Shown here one piece after another: positions 38,522 through 52,739 of a stretch of DNA of 64,000 nt (within the stretch, counting starts at the first letter, position 1; each line of letters opens with the position of its first letter). The notes below the pieces were generated by a model. It was not told where the DNA came from. It did no database searches and was given only the letters and a program-made list of their open reading frames with translations. A program made the position numbers and the translations under genes. This DNA comes from Octopus sinensis (taxonomy: Eukaryota): contig NC_043001.1 in assembly GCF_006345805.1 (NCBI RefSeq), forward strand, positions 558,001-622,000, in the 5' to 3' direction.

Positions 38522-39293
38522 AAATAACAGTGGCTCTCAGCAGGTTGTCCCTTAGAAACCTCCAGTTGTCTTCTACCCCATGTGAAGCTATATCCACTTC
38601 TACTTCATCAAAGGCTTCAAGTAATATGTCCCTAAGTCTCTGTCGCAGGATCTTTAAGCTTCCAGATCCTTCTTCTCCATGTTGGTCGTCTTCTGGTCGT
38701 CCTCTTAGTCCTGATCCTAAAGTCACTAACTACCAGTTTATGTTGTGGGGTACATTCTTTGCTTGGGAAGGTTTTGGCATTTATAAGCAGCCATCTTTCC
38801 CTTTTTCTGGCAAGGATGTAGTCGATTTGGCTAGTATGTCGGCCCGATCGGTAGGTGACGAGGTGGCTGGTAGGTTTTCTGAAGTTAGTGTTGCAAACCA
38901 TAAGATCATTTGCATCGCAGAACTCCAGCAGCTTGGTTCCCTCCTTGTTGCAGGAACCATAACCATAGCCTCCATGTACGCCATGGAAGCCCCCAGCATG
39001 TCGTCCAACATGCCCATTGAAGTCACCAGCCACAAAGAGAAGGTCCCTGTCGTTTGTCAATGAGGTAGTCTGCAGTAGGGTGTCATAGAATCGGTCTTTC
39101 TGTCCATCAGGTAGCCCTGGCTGAGGGGCATAGGCTGATATAATGGTTGTTAATCCATGATGAAGCACTAATCTAATCTTAAGTATTGTTGCATACTCTG
39201 ACTACCTCAATTACCTTATCTACCCAATTTTCAGCGATAATTATACCCATGCCCCTGACCCCGTCAGTGTTCCCAGCCCAGAAAATCTTGTAC
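38522..39293 (-). mobile_element. RTE LINE APE-endonuclease fragment, truncated at both ends
   Basis: YKIFWAG..GMGIII; ISAYAPQ; FVAGDFNGHVG; NKEGTKLLEFC; NTNFRK; SQIDYIL; QHKLVVSDF (ORF 38632..39168). Confidence 0.9.
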
Positions 39294-39516
39294 CTATATA
39301 TATATAGCTGAAATTTATAGAAAAACAAAAGATGAAGACAGGTGTATGAACAACAAGCAAGTGTATTAGTTTGATGCTTGGGAAAAAGGAAAAAGTCTTT
39401 TAGGTTTCGAGCCTACACTCTTCAACAGAAAGGAATAAGAAAAAATAAAGAGAGAGAGAATGAAAACAACTGGTAGATTTCAACTGTCAAACATGGTGAA
39501 TATATCATTCATTTTC

Positions 39517-39553
<37 letters not shown>

Positions 39554-39629
39554 CAGTGATTCATATACCTAAACAAGAAGCACACTCTAAAAGTCTTTTG
39601 TTTTTCTGTAAATTTCAACTATATATATA

Positions 39630-39823
39630 TATTTCTCTACTACCCACAAGGAGCTAAACATAGAGGGGACAAACAAGGACAGACAAAGGGATTAAGTCGA
39701 TTACACCGACCCCAGTGCGAAACTGGTACTTTATTTATCGACCCCGAGAAGATGAAAGGCAAAGTTGACCTCGGCGGAGTTTGAACTCAAAACGTAACAA
39801 CAGACGAAATACCGCTAAGCATT
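39630..39823 (-). mobile_element. S2-family SINE
   Basis: ccgaccccagtgcgaaactggtactt..atcgacccc..gatgaaaggcaaagttgacctc..tttgaactc. Confidence 0.8.
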
Positions 39824-39831
39824 ATATATAT

Positions 39832-39886
<55 letters not shown>

Positions 39887-40151
39887 AATATAAGATCCAA
39901 AGATCGAGGTGTAGGGAAAAGGTGAGCTTCAAGCAATCTATTGAAAATACAAAAAAGCAACTTTCAGGAACAATAGTGATTTATTGGAGCAGAAGGTTAT
40001 GGATTTTTTTCTTTATCAAAGTATGATAAACTGAAAAAAATTATTTTATATTTCATGGTAGATGCCCCAGCATGGCCACAGTCAAATGACTGAAACAAGT
40101 AAAAGAGAGAAAAGGAGTAGGCAGCCAGGAGTGCCAGTCATGCAAATAAAA

Positions 40152-40415
40152 ATATGAGTTAAGGAATAGAGGGGATAAAGTCTGGGCAACATATGTTTCA
40201 TAGCAAGCAGAACTTTGGAAGTGGTAAATATCCAAGTGAGGTGTACACTGCAGAGTACTTTCAGGCCAAAGAGTATCTTAATTAATCAAGATACCCTTGG
40301 TCCGATGAGTAACCTGTGGTATACACCTCACTTGGATATTTGCCACTTCTGAGGTTCTGCTTCCTACGAAACATATGTTGCCCAGGTTTTATTTACTCCA
40401 TTCCATAACTCATAT
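40152..40415. mobile_element. Fully palindromic MITE-like element (about 128-bp arms, 8-bp loop), TA at both ends
   Basis: 40152-40279 vs 40288-40415 are about 80 percent reverse-complementary by eye; the ends read ta|tgagtt...aactca|ta. Confidence 0.7.
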
Positions 40416-40419
40416 ATAT

Positions 40420-40744
40420 ATGACTGGCCTCCGTGCCAGTGGCACGTAAAGAGCACCATCCGTTCGTGGCTGTTGCCAGCCTCGCCTGGCCCCCGTGCCG
40501 GTGGCACGTAAAAAGCACCATCCGTCCATGGCCATTTGCCAGCTCTGTCTGGCACCTGTGCGAGTGGCACGTAAAATGCACCCACTACACTCACGGAGTG
40601 GTTGGCGTTAGGAAGGGCATCCAGCCGTAGAAACACTGCCAGATCAGACTGGGCCTGATGCAGCCTTCTGGCTTCACAGACCCCAGTTGAACCGTCCAAC
40701 CCATGCTAGCATGGAAAGCAGACGCTAAATGATGATGATGATGA

Positions 40745-40748
<4 letters not shown>
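40420..40748 (+). mobile_element. RTE 3' UTR and tail with several gtgccagtggcacgtaaa.agcacc modules
   Basis: Ends ccaacccatgctagcatggaaagcagacgctaaat(gat)n. Confidence 0.85.
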
Positions 40749-40791
<43 letters not shown>

Positions 40792-40917
40792 AAAGTAAAA
40801 AAATATACAAACTGGGACAAGAACGTGAAACATTTAGAAGATGACACAAAAATCATGGACGGGACTTTCGAAGTCATCAGTCAAGAACCGGATCATCTTC
40901 GCAATTTCGGCTGATTA

Positions 40918-42353
<1,436 letters not shown>

Positions 42354-42363
42354 TATGTATGTA

Positions 42364-42449
<86 letters not shown>

Positions 42450-43082
42450 ATATATCTAATATATATATAAAATATTTTATAATTACATACATAATTATAG
42501 CAAATGATAGACTTTATGCCTCACTGTGCACTGCAAGAAATAGATGTTAAAGCCCCTATTACCACCTTCAGATCTCCAAGAATAACGCACTGTATTGTAG
42601 GTTAGCAAAAGAAAAATAATGAATCAACAGGGTTCATCTAACTGCATACAAGATTGTGTTTCAAGCTTAAAGTAAAAATATTTTACCCACTGCTCTCATT
42701 AGTGACAGTATTCTATAGCATAAATTTATGAGTGTCTCAAAATATGCATGTAAACAGTGACATCACATGACCAATATCCATCCACACTCGTAAAAATACA
42801 CTGCCAAGTAGAATTCACAACTTGTATGCAATTAATCGAACCTTGTTGATTCGTTATTTTTCTTTTGCCTACCTACAATATAGTGTGTTATTCTCGGAGA
42901 TTTTAAGTTGGTAATAGGGGATTTAGCATCTATTTCTTGCAGTGCTTGGTGAGGCATAAAGCCAATCCTTTGCTATAATTATGTATATAATTATAAAATA
43001 TTTTGTAAAATTTACCTATGAGGTTTTTATTTCTGCACTGACGACATGGTAAAATCATTATTGGTTTTATCTTTTTATTATA

Positions 43083-43150
<68 letters not shown>

Positions 43151-43152
<2 letters not shown>

Positions 43153-43267
43153 AAATGTTTTGTTTTTTCTTAAACTCAAGATATAGTGTTCAAATTCAGG
43201 ATGTTTTTGAAAGACACTATATTTTATAATCATATTATGTATACTTTCTCACACAACAATTACAATA
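43151..43267 (+). repeat. 117-bp direct copy of Helitron internal sequence 41953-42069
   Basis: taaaatgttttgttttttcttaaac...tctcacacaacaattacaata with about 4 substitutions. Confidence 0.9.
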
Positions 43268-44584
43268 GGTTGGTATCATTAGGAGCAATCACAAGAAATA
43301 GCTATGAAATCTCTCTCATATCACACCTCACAATTAAAAAGGAAGATTTTCTTGACCAAGGTTAGCTTTTAGCCAAACAACAATAAGTAACTGACCCAAT
43401 GGTGATTTGAACATTTTCATTGAATGATCTTCACTTTCCAGCTTTTATTCACCAAATCTGTTTTCTTTTTTTCTTCTTTCTCAAACCTCAAAGATTTCCA
43501 TTCTGTTGGGGCACAACTGGATACCCCTCCTGTCTTACCGCTAACCATTCCACTAGGAAGCAGAAGTAGACTCTGCTTAATGTTCAGACTAGCAAACTTA
43601 GGAGCACAACACTGAAACATTTCTAAAGCATCAATTCAGGATCAGCAACCTTGCATTCCAACATCGCAACTCTGGTGCTTGTGTTTAAATAATTTGTTGC
43701 TTCACTTTTGACTTCATTTCAAATACTCAATTAACAACATCAATACTAATTTTAACCAATTAAAATTTAGCTGTCATCATCCCTTTATCATACAACAACT
43801 GATCCCATTTACTGTGAGCCTGTGTTTTCCTCCTTGCACTTCAAATATTAACTGAAGCTTTATTGTTAGCTGCATTCTTTTAAAACTCTCTGAACCAACA
43901 ACACCAGTCTTATGGTCATCCTTTACATGTTTTATATTTGAGGGGATTACCCTGAACTATGAGCGCTACCATTTTCAGGACATAAATAAATTTAAATAAA
44001 ATCAAGATGTTCAGGATAAGTGATGTAGATTTATGTGCATAGTTTGATTGCCCCTATATTTTTAATGAAATCAATGCAATCATTATCCCATAATGCAGTA
44101 ACTCAATATAGCACTCCCACCAGTTGTCTTTAGAATGAGTATTGCCCAAATCATAAAACAAGGTTTGAGATACTTATCAATGAAAATAGAGTGTCTTTAG
44201 CTAAAACTGCTGATAAAATGTTTTGTGCTTGTTTAACACTGTGTTGTCACAAAATGAGCAGACCAGTGATTCAAAGCCCTTTCAGCTATTTTTCTCTCTT
44301 TCCAGACATAAATGTCTTAAAATTTGTATCATCCTATATGTTATGCCTTCCTTTAAAACTCCTGGCTGTGTTTTGAAGGAGGCTTTTGCTGCTAGTTCTA
44401 TCGGGTTGAGTGACCATGTAGAAACTCCTTCATTGGCTAAATGACTTAAAATGGTTGCTTCTGTGTTAATAGTTTCCTTGAGAAGAGCTCACCATGGTTG
44501 TTCAGAGCACACACGCACAATTTAGAATTTCTGTTGATGAAATATATATATATATATATACATGCAAAAGAAGCAGAAGAATCA

Positions 44585-44785
44585 GACACAAGGCCCGAAA
44601 TTTTGGGGAAGGGGGCCAGTCGATTAGATCAACCTTCAGTACGCAACTGGTACTTAATTTATCGACCCTGAAAGGATGAAATGCAAAGTTGATCTTGGCA
44701 GAATTTGAACTCAGAATGTAAAGACAGACGAAATACCACTAAGCATTTCACCCTTGCTGCTAATGTTTCTGCCAGCTCTCCACCT
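44585..44785 (-). mobile_element. S2-family SINE
   Basis: cacaaggcccgaaattttgggga..aactggtacttaatttatcgaccc..aaaggatgaa..atttgaactcag. Confidence 0.8.
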
Positions 44786-46149
44786 GTAGATATTTTATTC
44801 ATGTCTGTCATGTTGGAACTAAATGAGTCAGCTCATCTGAAATGAACCAACCTATGGCATGAAAATATTGGTTCTTTAAAATATTCTGATATTTCAACTG
44901 AGCTATTTAACCTTATTGGTATTGAGGTATGTTATCCTAATATTTAAGACTTTTACCTGTTTATAACGTGTTGAGAAATCGTCGATTTAAATGTAAGTCA
45001 AGCAAAAGCTTTCTTGTTTAACACCATGTCACTTTGAGGTTAAGTTCACATCTAATCATAAACATTCTAGCCATGACCATCTAGTTTTTTTTCGATTAGC
45101 ACACAGCACTCAATACAATCTTATTCAAAGTATCCTTGTTGTTATTTTGCCCCTGATTATTTACAATACAGCATACTTATAATTAAGGATATTTCAAACA
45201 TGACCAACCTTTTGTATCCTTGGAATTACACTGTCTAATGTGTCCTTCTTTTTTAAGAGAGTTGAATATATGAGAGAGATTTGATTGCTATCTTTCATTC
45301 TACATCTTAATCTTCTTGTACGCAGTTAATCTCTCAGCTTATCTCTTCCCTGACATTCATAGACCTTAACATCTGCTTGAGCACATTCTCTGTATTTCTC
45401 TCCAGTCTTTGCATATCCTTTGCATTCAGTGCCCACTTCTCACCACCAGCTGGTATTGCATTTTATGTAGCAGCAGTGTACACTCCATCTTCTGTGTGTG
45501 TGTAAATTCATTTATTTCTCTCTCTTTTTCCACACAAGTATAAGTTAGACAAATACATAGAGATTGTCTTTATAGCTGGATGGCCTTCCTGCTGCTAACA
45601 CCTGTATTTGAAGGCTATGGCACAATCTGTTGGCCGAGAATGCCAACAAACACCACCATCAGTAGCATCACTAGGGGGCAGGGGTCTAGATGCAATAATT
45701 TTTAATTATTTTTGACAACCAAGTAAGCTTCAGGTTTGTGGTTCAGTTCTTATTGGAAATTAAGGTATTTAATTGAAAATTGTTTTATTTCTTCTGTTTT
45801 CTTTATTAAGACACTCCCACACATGAAAAATATTAAAAGCTGCTGATCAATAGTGGTTTTAATTGAAATTTCTCTCTAATCTGTAAGCAATAATTGCAGA
45901 ACATAAACTCAAGCCTTTTGTTTCCCATTTATCCCTTTGCATTTACACAGGTGGCATAGTTTCCTTCTTCATGCAACTATCTTTTTTTTTTTTATCTAAA
46001 TGAATTTTCCACAAGAAACCACTCACTCATGAAGATGGAGCTGAAACTTTTTTTTTGGTTTTTTATTGATTTAGGCAAACTGAAGCTGTTGGCTTGTTGC
46101 TCAGGGACACAAGGACAGTTAAAAAATCAAAAGACTTCCACTTGTTTCA

Positions 46150-46375
46150 GCCCAATATCTTCTCATTCTTTAAGATGTAAAGCCAGTAATTTTGGGGTGT
46201 GGGTAAGTGGATTACATTGATACCAGTGCTGAACTGGTACTTAATTTATCAATCCCCAAAAACATGAAAAGCAAAGTGAATCATGGCAGAATTTGAAACC
46301 AGAACATGAAGATGGCTGGAATGTTGCTAAGCATTCTGACCCGTGAGGTAATGAGTCTGCCAGCCTGCTGCCTTC
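46150..46375 (-). mobile_element. S2-family SINE (degenerate)
   Basis: aactggtacttaatttatcaatcccc..atgaaaagcaaagtgaa..gaatttgaa. Confidence 0.65.
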
Positions 46376-46649
46376 ATTATCCATTTACATCTTAGCATCA
46401 CAAACACTACACTCGCTGTCACTTTTTGTAATTAATTCTAATACACTTACAGATAGTACTTAATCATCAATTAACTCTGTGTATCTGTCTGCCTGTCACC
46501 TCTCAACTTGCTCTGCTAAATTCCAATTTCTCCATCAAATTAACTTTGCTTACCAATTCTCTCACTGTCCTCTTCACCTCCAGCAAGAGTCAACCTCTTT
46601 ATTACTGACTTTCTAGAAAAGCTGCAGAATCTTCAAATCCTGCCCTACT

Positions 46650-46990
46650 ATCACTGTAGTCTTAGATATACATTAAAGATGGATGGTCATGGCTGAAACT
46701 CCTATGATCTCCGGTTTTCTCAACAACCGAGGTTAACTAGCACAAATCTTACCTTCAATATTCTGCCTTTACCATAACCATAACAACAACAACAATAATA
46801 ATGTTGATTGGTATTGTTATTGCTGTTTAGCCCTTGGTCGATCCTGATCAAACAGGCTTATGATCAGATATGCTTCAGTCATGACCATCATGTCTTCTTT
46901 TCGAGATATAATATTTTGGACTACATTGTCCAATGTGTTGTTCCTTTCTAAGAGAGAAGAGTGCAGTTTAAGACTTGGCTGCTATTTCTA
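46650..46990. mobile_element. Tail-to-tail pair of a third short repeat family (S3, (AAC)n tail)
   Basis: Motifs aatgtagtcctaga..ggatggtca..gatcagg..taaacaacaac and gctgctagaaatagcagccaaa; further copies near 20090-20280, 30310-30425, 45040-45300, 48490-48590 and 62590-62705. The class (SINE or LINE tail) is unresolved. Confidence 0.55.
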
Positions 46991-47689
46991 AAGGATTTAA
47001 CAATGGAAATAAACTTGTTCGTTGGCTGAAAAGATGGTGTTGCTTATTCAGTGTCTCGGATGTTTTAAAAAAAGTATTTGAATCTAACTTACCTTTGGCT
47101 GTAATGAAACCTGCAGACAGTAAACCAAGATAGAAATGAATCCATAACATTTTCTCCATCAAGTAAAAATTTTGTAAATATCCAAAAATACAACTCATTT
47201 CTGAAACAAACAAAAAAAGTGATTCTTCAGAAGAGAGAAACTTAATTGGGAAATTCGGTAAGATGGCAGCCAATAAGGATTATATGAGACATGGTTAGTG
47301 CTAGTTGGAAATTATTATGGTTGGAAACTATATTAAGATATATTTCTTCAACTTATAATTGCAATTAATTATTGCATAATTTCCCTTGCTTGCAAACTTG
47401 ATGCATTTCTCTAAGAATAGTAATTCTTGAAAGATATGAAGAACTGAAAGTGTGACAAATATTTTTGGCAATAAAGGAAACATTAATTCACTTCAATTGC
47501 AATTTCTTTTCATTTTTAATTTCTATGAACACAAACTGAAAGTGTTAATTGTTTGCTGGTACATCTCATGTCTCTGAAAAATATTCAACTGTTAGTTTGG
47601 AGGTGGATTCGTATTTTGCTGAGCATGAAGTTTGTTTTGCCCTCACCTCTTCCTCCTCCTCCTCTGCCTTCTCCTGGATTTCTGTGTCG

Positions 47690-47960
47690 TTGTCGTCATC
47701 GTCATCATCATTCAACTTCCATTTTCCATGCCAAAACAGACAACGGAGCCTGTTGTAAGTTCCCTGACTTGCCAGCTCTTGTCAGACCATCTTGGTCTAA
47801 CAAGAGCTGGCAAGTCAGGGAACTTACAGCAGGCTCCGTTGTCTGTTTTGGCATGGTTCCTGCAGCCATTTCTAACACCAACCACTTTACAAAGTGTGGA
47901 CTGGGTGCTTTTCATGTGGCACCAGCACAAGAGCTTTTCATGTGGTACCAGTATGGGTGC
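47690..47960 (-). mobile_element. RTE-type 3' tail containing a 64-bp fold-back (47726-47856)
   Basis: Arms 47726-47789 and 47793-47856, 2 mismatches, 3-nt loop. Confidence 0.88.
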
Positions 47961-48662
47961 TTTTTACATAGTGCCACCACAGCTGTGTGGTTACGAAATT
48001 TGACTTGTGACTACAGGTTTGTGGGTTCCATTGCATGGCACCTTAGACAATTGGCTTTCATGCACACACGCACATGCACATGTGTGTATGTGTGTGTGTG
48101 TGTGTTTGCTGATATAAAAACTATGCAGGCTGAAAAAAGGTGATTTAACCATTTGATAAATATAGATCAATAAAATAAAAACCAAACTAAAAGTAAGTGT
48201 TGGGGTTGATGTGATCCTTTAGAACTCTTGAAGACAGTACTCCAGCATGGTCACTGTCTAATCACTGAAACCAGAACCCCCCCTTCTTACCTCTGTCATT
48301 ATCATAGTCTTCACTTCTACCACCATCACTATATCAATTTTAACCACCACCACTATTACTATCATCAATCTCAGCAAAAGGCAAGATTTTCAAAAAGGCA
48401 GACAGTTGCTCAACATGCTAGAAACAGCAGCTATGTCTCCTTCAAGTTACAACCTAACTTCTTTAAAAAAAAGTGTTTGCTTGAAAACAATGTTAGGATG
48501 GTCATGAATGGAATGCTTTTGATCTTAAGTTTAGTTGATCAAGGTAGACTTAAGACTAAAAAACTGCGATGCTACCACCAGCAACAACGTTATCACCAAT
48601 CTCATCAAAGCCACCACTACCACCATCACCACCACCACCATCATCCTCATCATCATCATTAC

Positions 48663-48839
48663 CTGAAGGGAAAGTGCCTATGTAAGATTTATGACAGTTT
48701 CCATTACTTTCATCCCGTGTCTTAATAAATGAGGACTCACTCCTGCTAAGTTCTAATCTAACTCTGTCAAAGTTTTCGTTGACCTTATCACTGCTACGAC
48801 TGATATCAGTCACTGCCAGTTTGTGATAGATGGTAGCAT
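48663..48839 (-). CDS. Tentative upstream coding exon (non-Ig N-terminal segment) of the same gene
   Basis: Acceptor atttcttccacttag|, strong donor CAG|GTAATG; 177 bp, open in the phase 1-1 frame; splices in frame to the Ig1 exon (..GTFPS-A-IQPQ). No recognisable homology. Confidence 0.4.
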
Positions 48840-50019
48840 CTAAGTGGAAGAAATAATTTTATGATTAGATAACCAGATTATATTGAGTCCATTTAGTTAG
48901 GTCATTGCAAAGAAGTTATCAGTATTAATGGCTTGCCTAAATATCCTGGCATCAGATGTAAAAGGTCAGAAATGAAAACAGGAACGGCTCGATAGGTGAG
49001 TTAGTTAAACAGTAATGCTTACTTACAATAAACAGTCTGTGAAAAGTGGGATTATCTAGAATTAAGTGGATCATGAAATGTCAATCAATCTATATAGAAT
49101 ACGGAAAAGCTCTTTTAAATTTCTTTGTGATATTAGGTGAGAATCTGGATAAACTTTTCCTCAACAGAAATAACGGTTTGTTGTCCAAATTGTCTGGATG
49201 GTCAAGTAAGAGAAACTATTGAATGCTTCAAACAAACAATAATTTATTGTTTGTTTGATAATAATTTCATTTAAGTTTATGTTATTCAATGCTTTATTAC
49301 TATTGAAAGTTGTCATAAAAAGATATCCGAGTTTGTGCAAGTAACAGTAGTTTGGATATTGTAAAATACATGACCCACAAAATACAATAATAGCTTAGTT
49401 TTATAGAGCAAGCAGTTTCATTTCAGCTTCAGTATCATAGTGATATATTGAGAGGTATGAGAGTTTTGTGGGGTCTCTATGCAAGGTATAAACTTTGAAA
49501 ATTGTTGAAATACTGATATATTTTATCTGGAATCATTTCTACTTTCAAGATAGCTCAAAAGCCTTCATTATTAATACTTTGACTTGTTTATTCAATTTAC
49601 ATTATTCATTCTTCTGATATTCCTGTTTGACTTCTCTTATCTTTTTCTAACAACCGAGTGGCTATAACTGTAACATTTTAGTAGATTTTTGTTTGGATTT
49701 CCAACCAGACCAAAGTAAACATTAAAAATATTCTTTACATTATTGCCTCTATAACTCTATGGTGCTATGACTGTCAATTTACATCTGACTTTTGCTTTGT
49801 TGCCTTTTCTTTCATTTATTTTTTAATATTCTGTTTGGAGAAACAAATACATTTATCAGAAAGAGTTGTATTATATATTTTCAGTTTTCTAAACTCTTTC
49901 CCAAAGAGTAAATTCCAGAAGCAAAGCCAACACTTCAGAAGAGAAAGAGGAGGTGGTTGTGGTGGTGGGTTTGCAGTTCTTGATATGTTATTCTTTGTTA
50001 ATATTAAGAGGAGGGTTGA

Positions 50020-50245
50020 AAGCAGCAATCTGGCAGAATTGTTAGCAGACCAGGCAAAATGCTTATCAGCATTTCATCCATCTTTACGTTTTGAGCTCAA
50101 ACCTTGCCGAGGTCAACTTTACTTTTCATCCTTTCGGGGTCGAGAAAATAAGTGTCAGTTGAAGAATCTCTTGGAGTCGATATAACTGACTTATATCTTC
50201 TCCTGAAATAGCTGCCCTTCTACCAAAATTTGAAACTAAAGTGAA
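50020..50245 (+). mobile_element. S2-family SINE
   Basis: ctggcagaattgttagc..gaggtcaactttacttttcatcctttcggggtcgagaaaataagt. Confidence 0.8.
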
Positions 50246-50479
50246 GGGCATGGATGGCTAAGTGGGAAGCACACTAATTGATAATCAGCCATAGAGTTGG
50301 TGGTTCATATCCTGCATAGATGGAAATTTAGCTTCTAATCCTCCTTGGTGAAACATTTTCACTCTGTAGAATCTAACGACATATTGAATATATTGCTATG
50401 AGCATTGTAATCGAATTTGGAGGATGGAAATGAATGACATTAATTGAACTTCAAAACTTTTTAAGAAATTCATTAATCA

Positions 50480-51700
50480 AGACTAGGCTGTATCTTTGAT
50501 AAACTTTTAAGAAGGTGGGAGGGGTGATAAAGATGTATTTGATGCCTAATTTGAACTTTCTTTGGAAAGGAATGATTGGGCAAAGGACCTTGAGATGGTA
50601 GGAATGATGAGGAGACAATGGAGTTATGGACGAACATAGGTGGAGCTGGTAGACTGAGTGCTTATTCAGAAAAACAAAGACCAATGTAGTAATAATAGAA
50701 GTGGAATGGAGAAGAAATATATCTGGAAGTCAGTTGTTTTATTTTTTATGTTGGTGATTTTTAATAAATTAATTGGCTTCATTTGGGATGTCTTCTAAAA
50801 TGTTGGTACATATTGAGCCATCCCAGATATATAACCCATGTGAGATAAAAGAGGACTGACATATTTTCTGGCTCTAAAGGAAAGGTCTAGTTTTTGGTAT
50901 GCAATTTTGGTGAGTATGTTTATTATGTCTGTGATTATAATGGCCAAGTATTTTTAGTGAGTTTGAGATGTTCAGCTGTTCCCTGCCAGTGAACAGGGAG
51001 AGTGTTGTGCAAGGTTGTTTCCTTAACATGTTAAGGGATTGTGTCTTTGTGTTACTGGAAGAGGTTAGGTTATCACATCTCATTTGAGGAATGTTTCTAT
51101 GGAGACAGGTTGGGTCTGCAACAAGGTCTGTGATGGTCCGTGGGAGGTTAAAGAACACTGAAGTGTAGTGTCATCTGCATAGAAGAGTAGCCAAACTAAA
51201 CTAAATCAAAAGGAAATGTGATGGTGGAGGGCAAATCGCCAGTGATCAAAGATATTGGTGTGAAGACAATAGAGGCTGAGATGTTAGCCATCTAACGAAT
51301 AGGATTGCATATTTCTATAGATTTAGTTGGAGTCAGTAGAAAAAGATTAAAGTTTGGCATGGGTAGGTACTACTTCTGTAGTCCATGGTTTGAGAGTAAT
51401 GGAACCTTTTTGCAGTGTTTGGAGAAGTTATTTGGTGAATCAGTTTGTGAAGAGATTGATAGAAGGAAAGTTTTGTGGTTGGTTATTTTGTGATGCTTGT
51501 GAAGCTGGAAATAAAATGGACAGTATATCCAGAAGTTCTACTAATAAACCTATCTTGGTTGGGGAATGATCAGTAGGATCCTGCAAAGATTGAGAAGAAT
51601 TTTTTGGCAGAGAGTTTGCCAGCAATTTGCAATGTGAGCCAACCAGTTATGTGATACTGGAAGAATTTTTTTCTTTTTTGCTTCTCATAATTAGCTTCTG
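50480..51700 (-). mobile_element. Highly degenerate CR1/Jockey-group LINE RT-thumb remnant
   Basis: Minus strand reads LLYADDTTL near 51160-51190, then SLKILG and IAYQKLDLSFRARK. Confidence 0.55.
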
Positions 51701-52739
51701 AGTTGCTGTTGTGCATAAAGAGAGTGCAGTTAGTGCAATGGCAAGTGACTCCTTTCAGATATTGTAGATAGTACTCCTTGTCTATATCCTTGCAGTAGAT
51801 GAGACATAGAAATTATAGTTTTTGGTTGTATCAATAAATTTATAGATCACTGGCTTATCTATCTTTGATGAGTCAGAAGTGAAGTTTCTTTGATGCTATG
51901 GAGAGTCAGCTTAGAATGTATTAAGTTTTTAGCTGAATTGAAGGATCATAATGTTAGGGGAGAGACTGGAATCAAATAACTTTTCCATTTTTGTTTTATT
52001 CAATATTAGCAAATTGAACTGAATTCTGATTTAAAAACCATAAAATTCATTGGAAAGACAGTTACAGCTGGCCATGTACAGAGAATGCCAAGTTGTTAGC
52101 TAGAGGGTTTAAGGTTTGTCTTGTACTATTTGTTCATTTGTACTGTACTGTGCCTTTAGCTAGGAGGACATTTAATTCTTAAATAGCCTTATAGGTACAA
52201 ACAATTATTACAAGAAAATGTCCTTTGCATCTTTAACCTATTTCAATAATGTATAATTCTTGAGTATTTCATTAGTTAAATACTAGAGTTCAAGGAAATC
52301 AGAGGTGATTTGTGTTGGTGGAAGAATACGAAATGAGATTTAAAAAACTTTTATTTAGCATACAGTTGTACCTATGGGTGGATGATACAGGCTTCCTAAT
52401 ACAGAAGGACCTCTTCCTAGAGCCTGCCAAAAAACACCATAGACCTAAGATCATTTTCATCACCATGCTCTCTCTCTCTCTCTCTCTCTCTCTGCTTTGT
52501 TCCCTGACCTACAAGTGTATGTGTAGAGCAGTTTTATTCACTATAAACATTCACAGTCATCCACCATTTGAGAAATTCATGAGGGGAGAGTACATTCCTC
52601 TCCACCCTCCACCTTCCTTTCTAAGTGGAACTGAAACTTGACCAATGAAGTACCTGTTCTTAGTCCTTTCAGTCTCATCCGCCTCACACAGCCACCAGAC
52701 AGGGAAACTACATGCTCTCACAGAGGATAGGGAGTGATC

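Noticed and set aside
43417-43620. Antiparallel ORF pair 43417..43620(-) and 43424..43615(+)
   Set aside because: No recognisable domain and no compatible splice sites; probably decayed repeat.
49017-49075. Overlapping GTAAGTAAG donors upstream of the tentative exon
   Set aside because: The preceding ATG frame (MIHLILDNPTFHRLFI) is not signal-peptide-like. A non-coding exon cannot be judged without transcripts.
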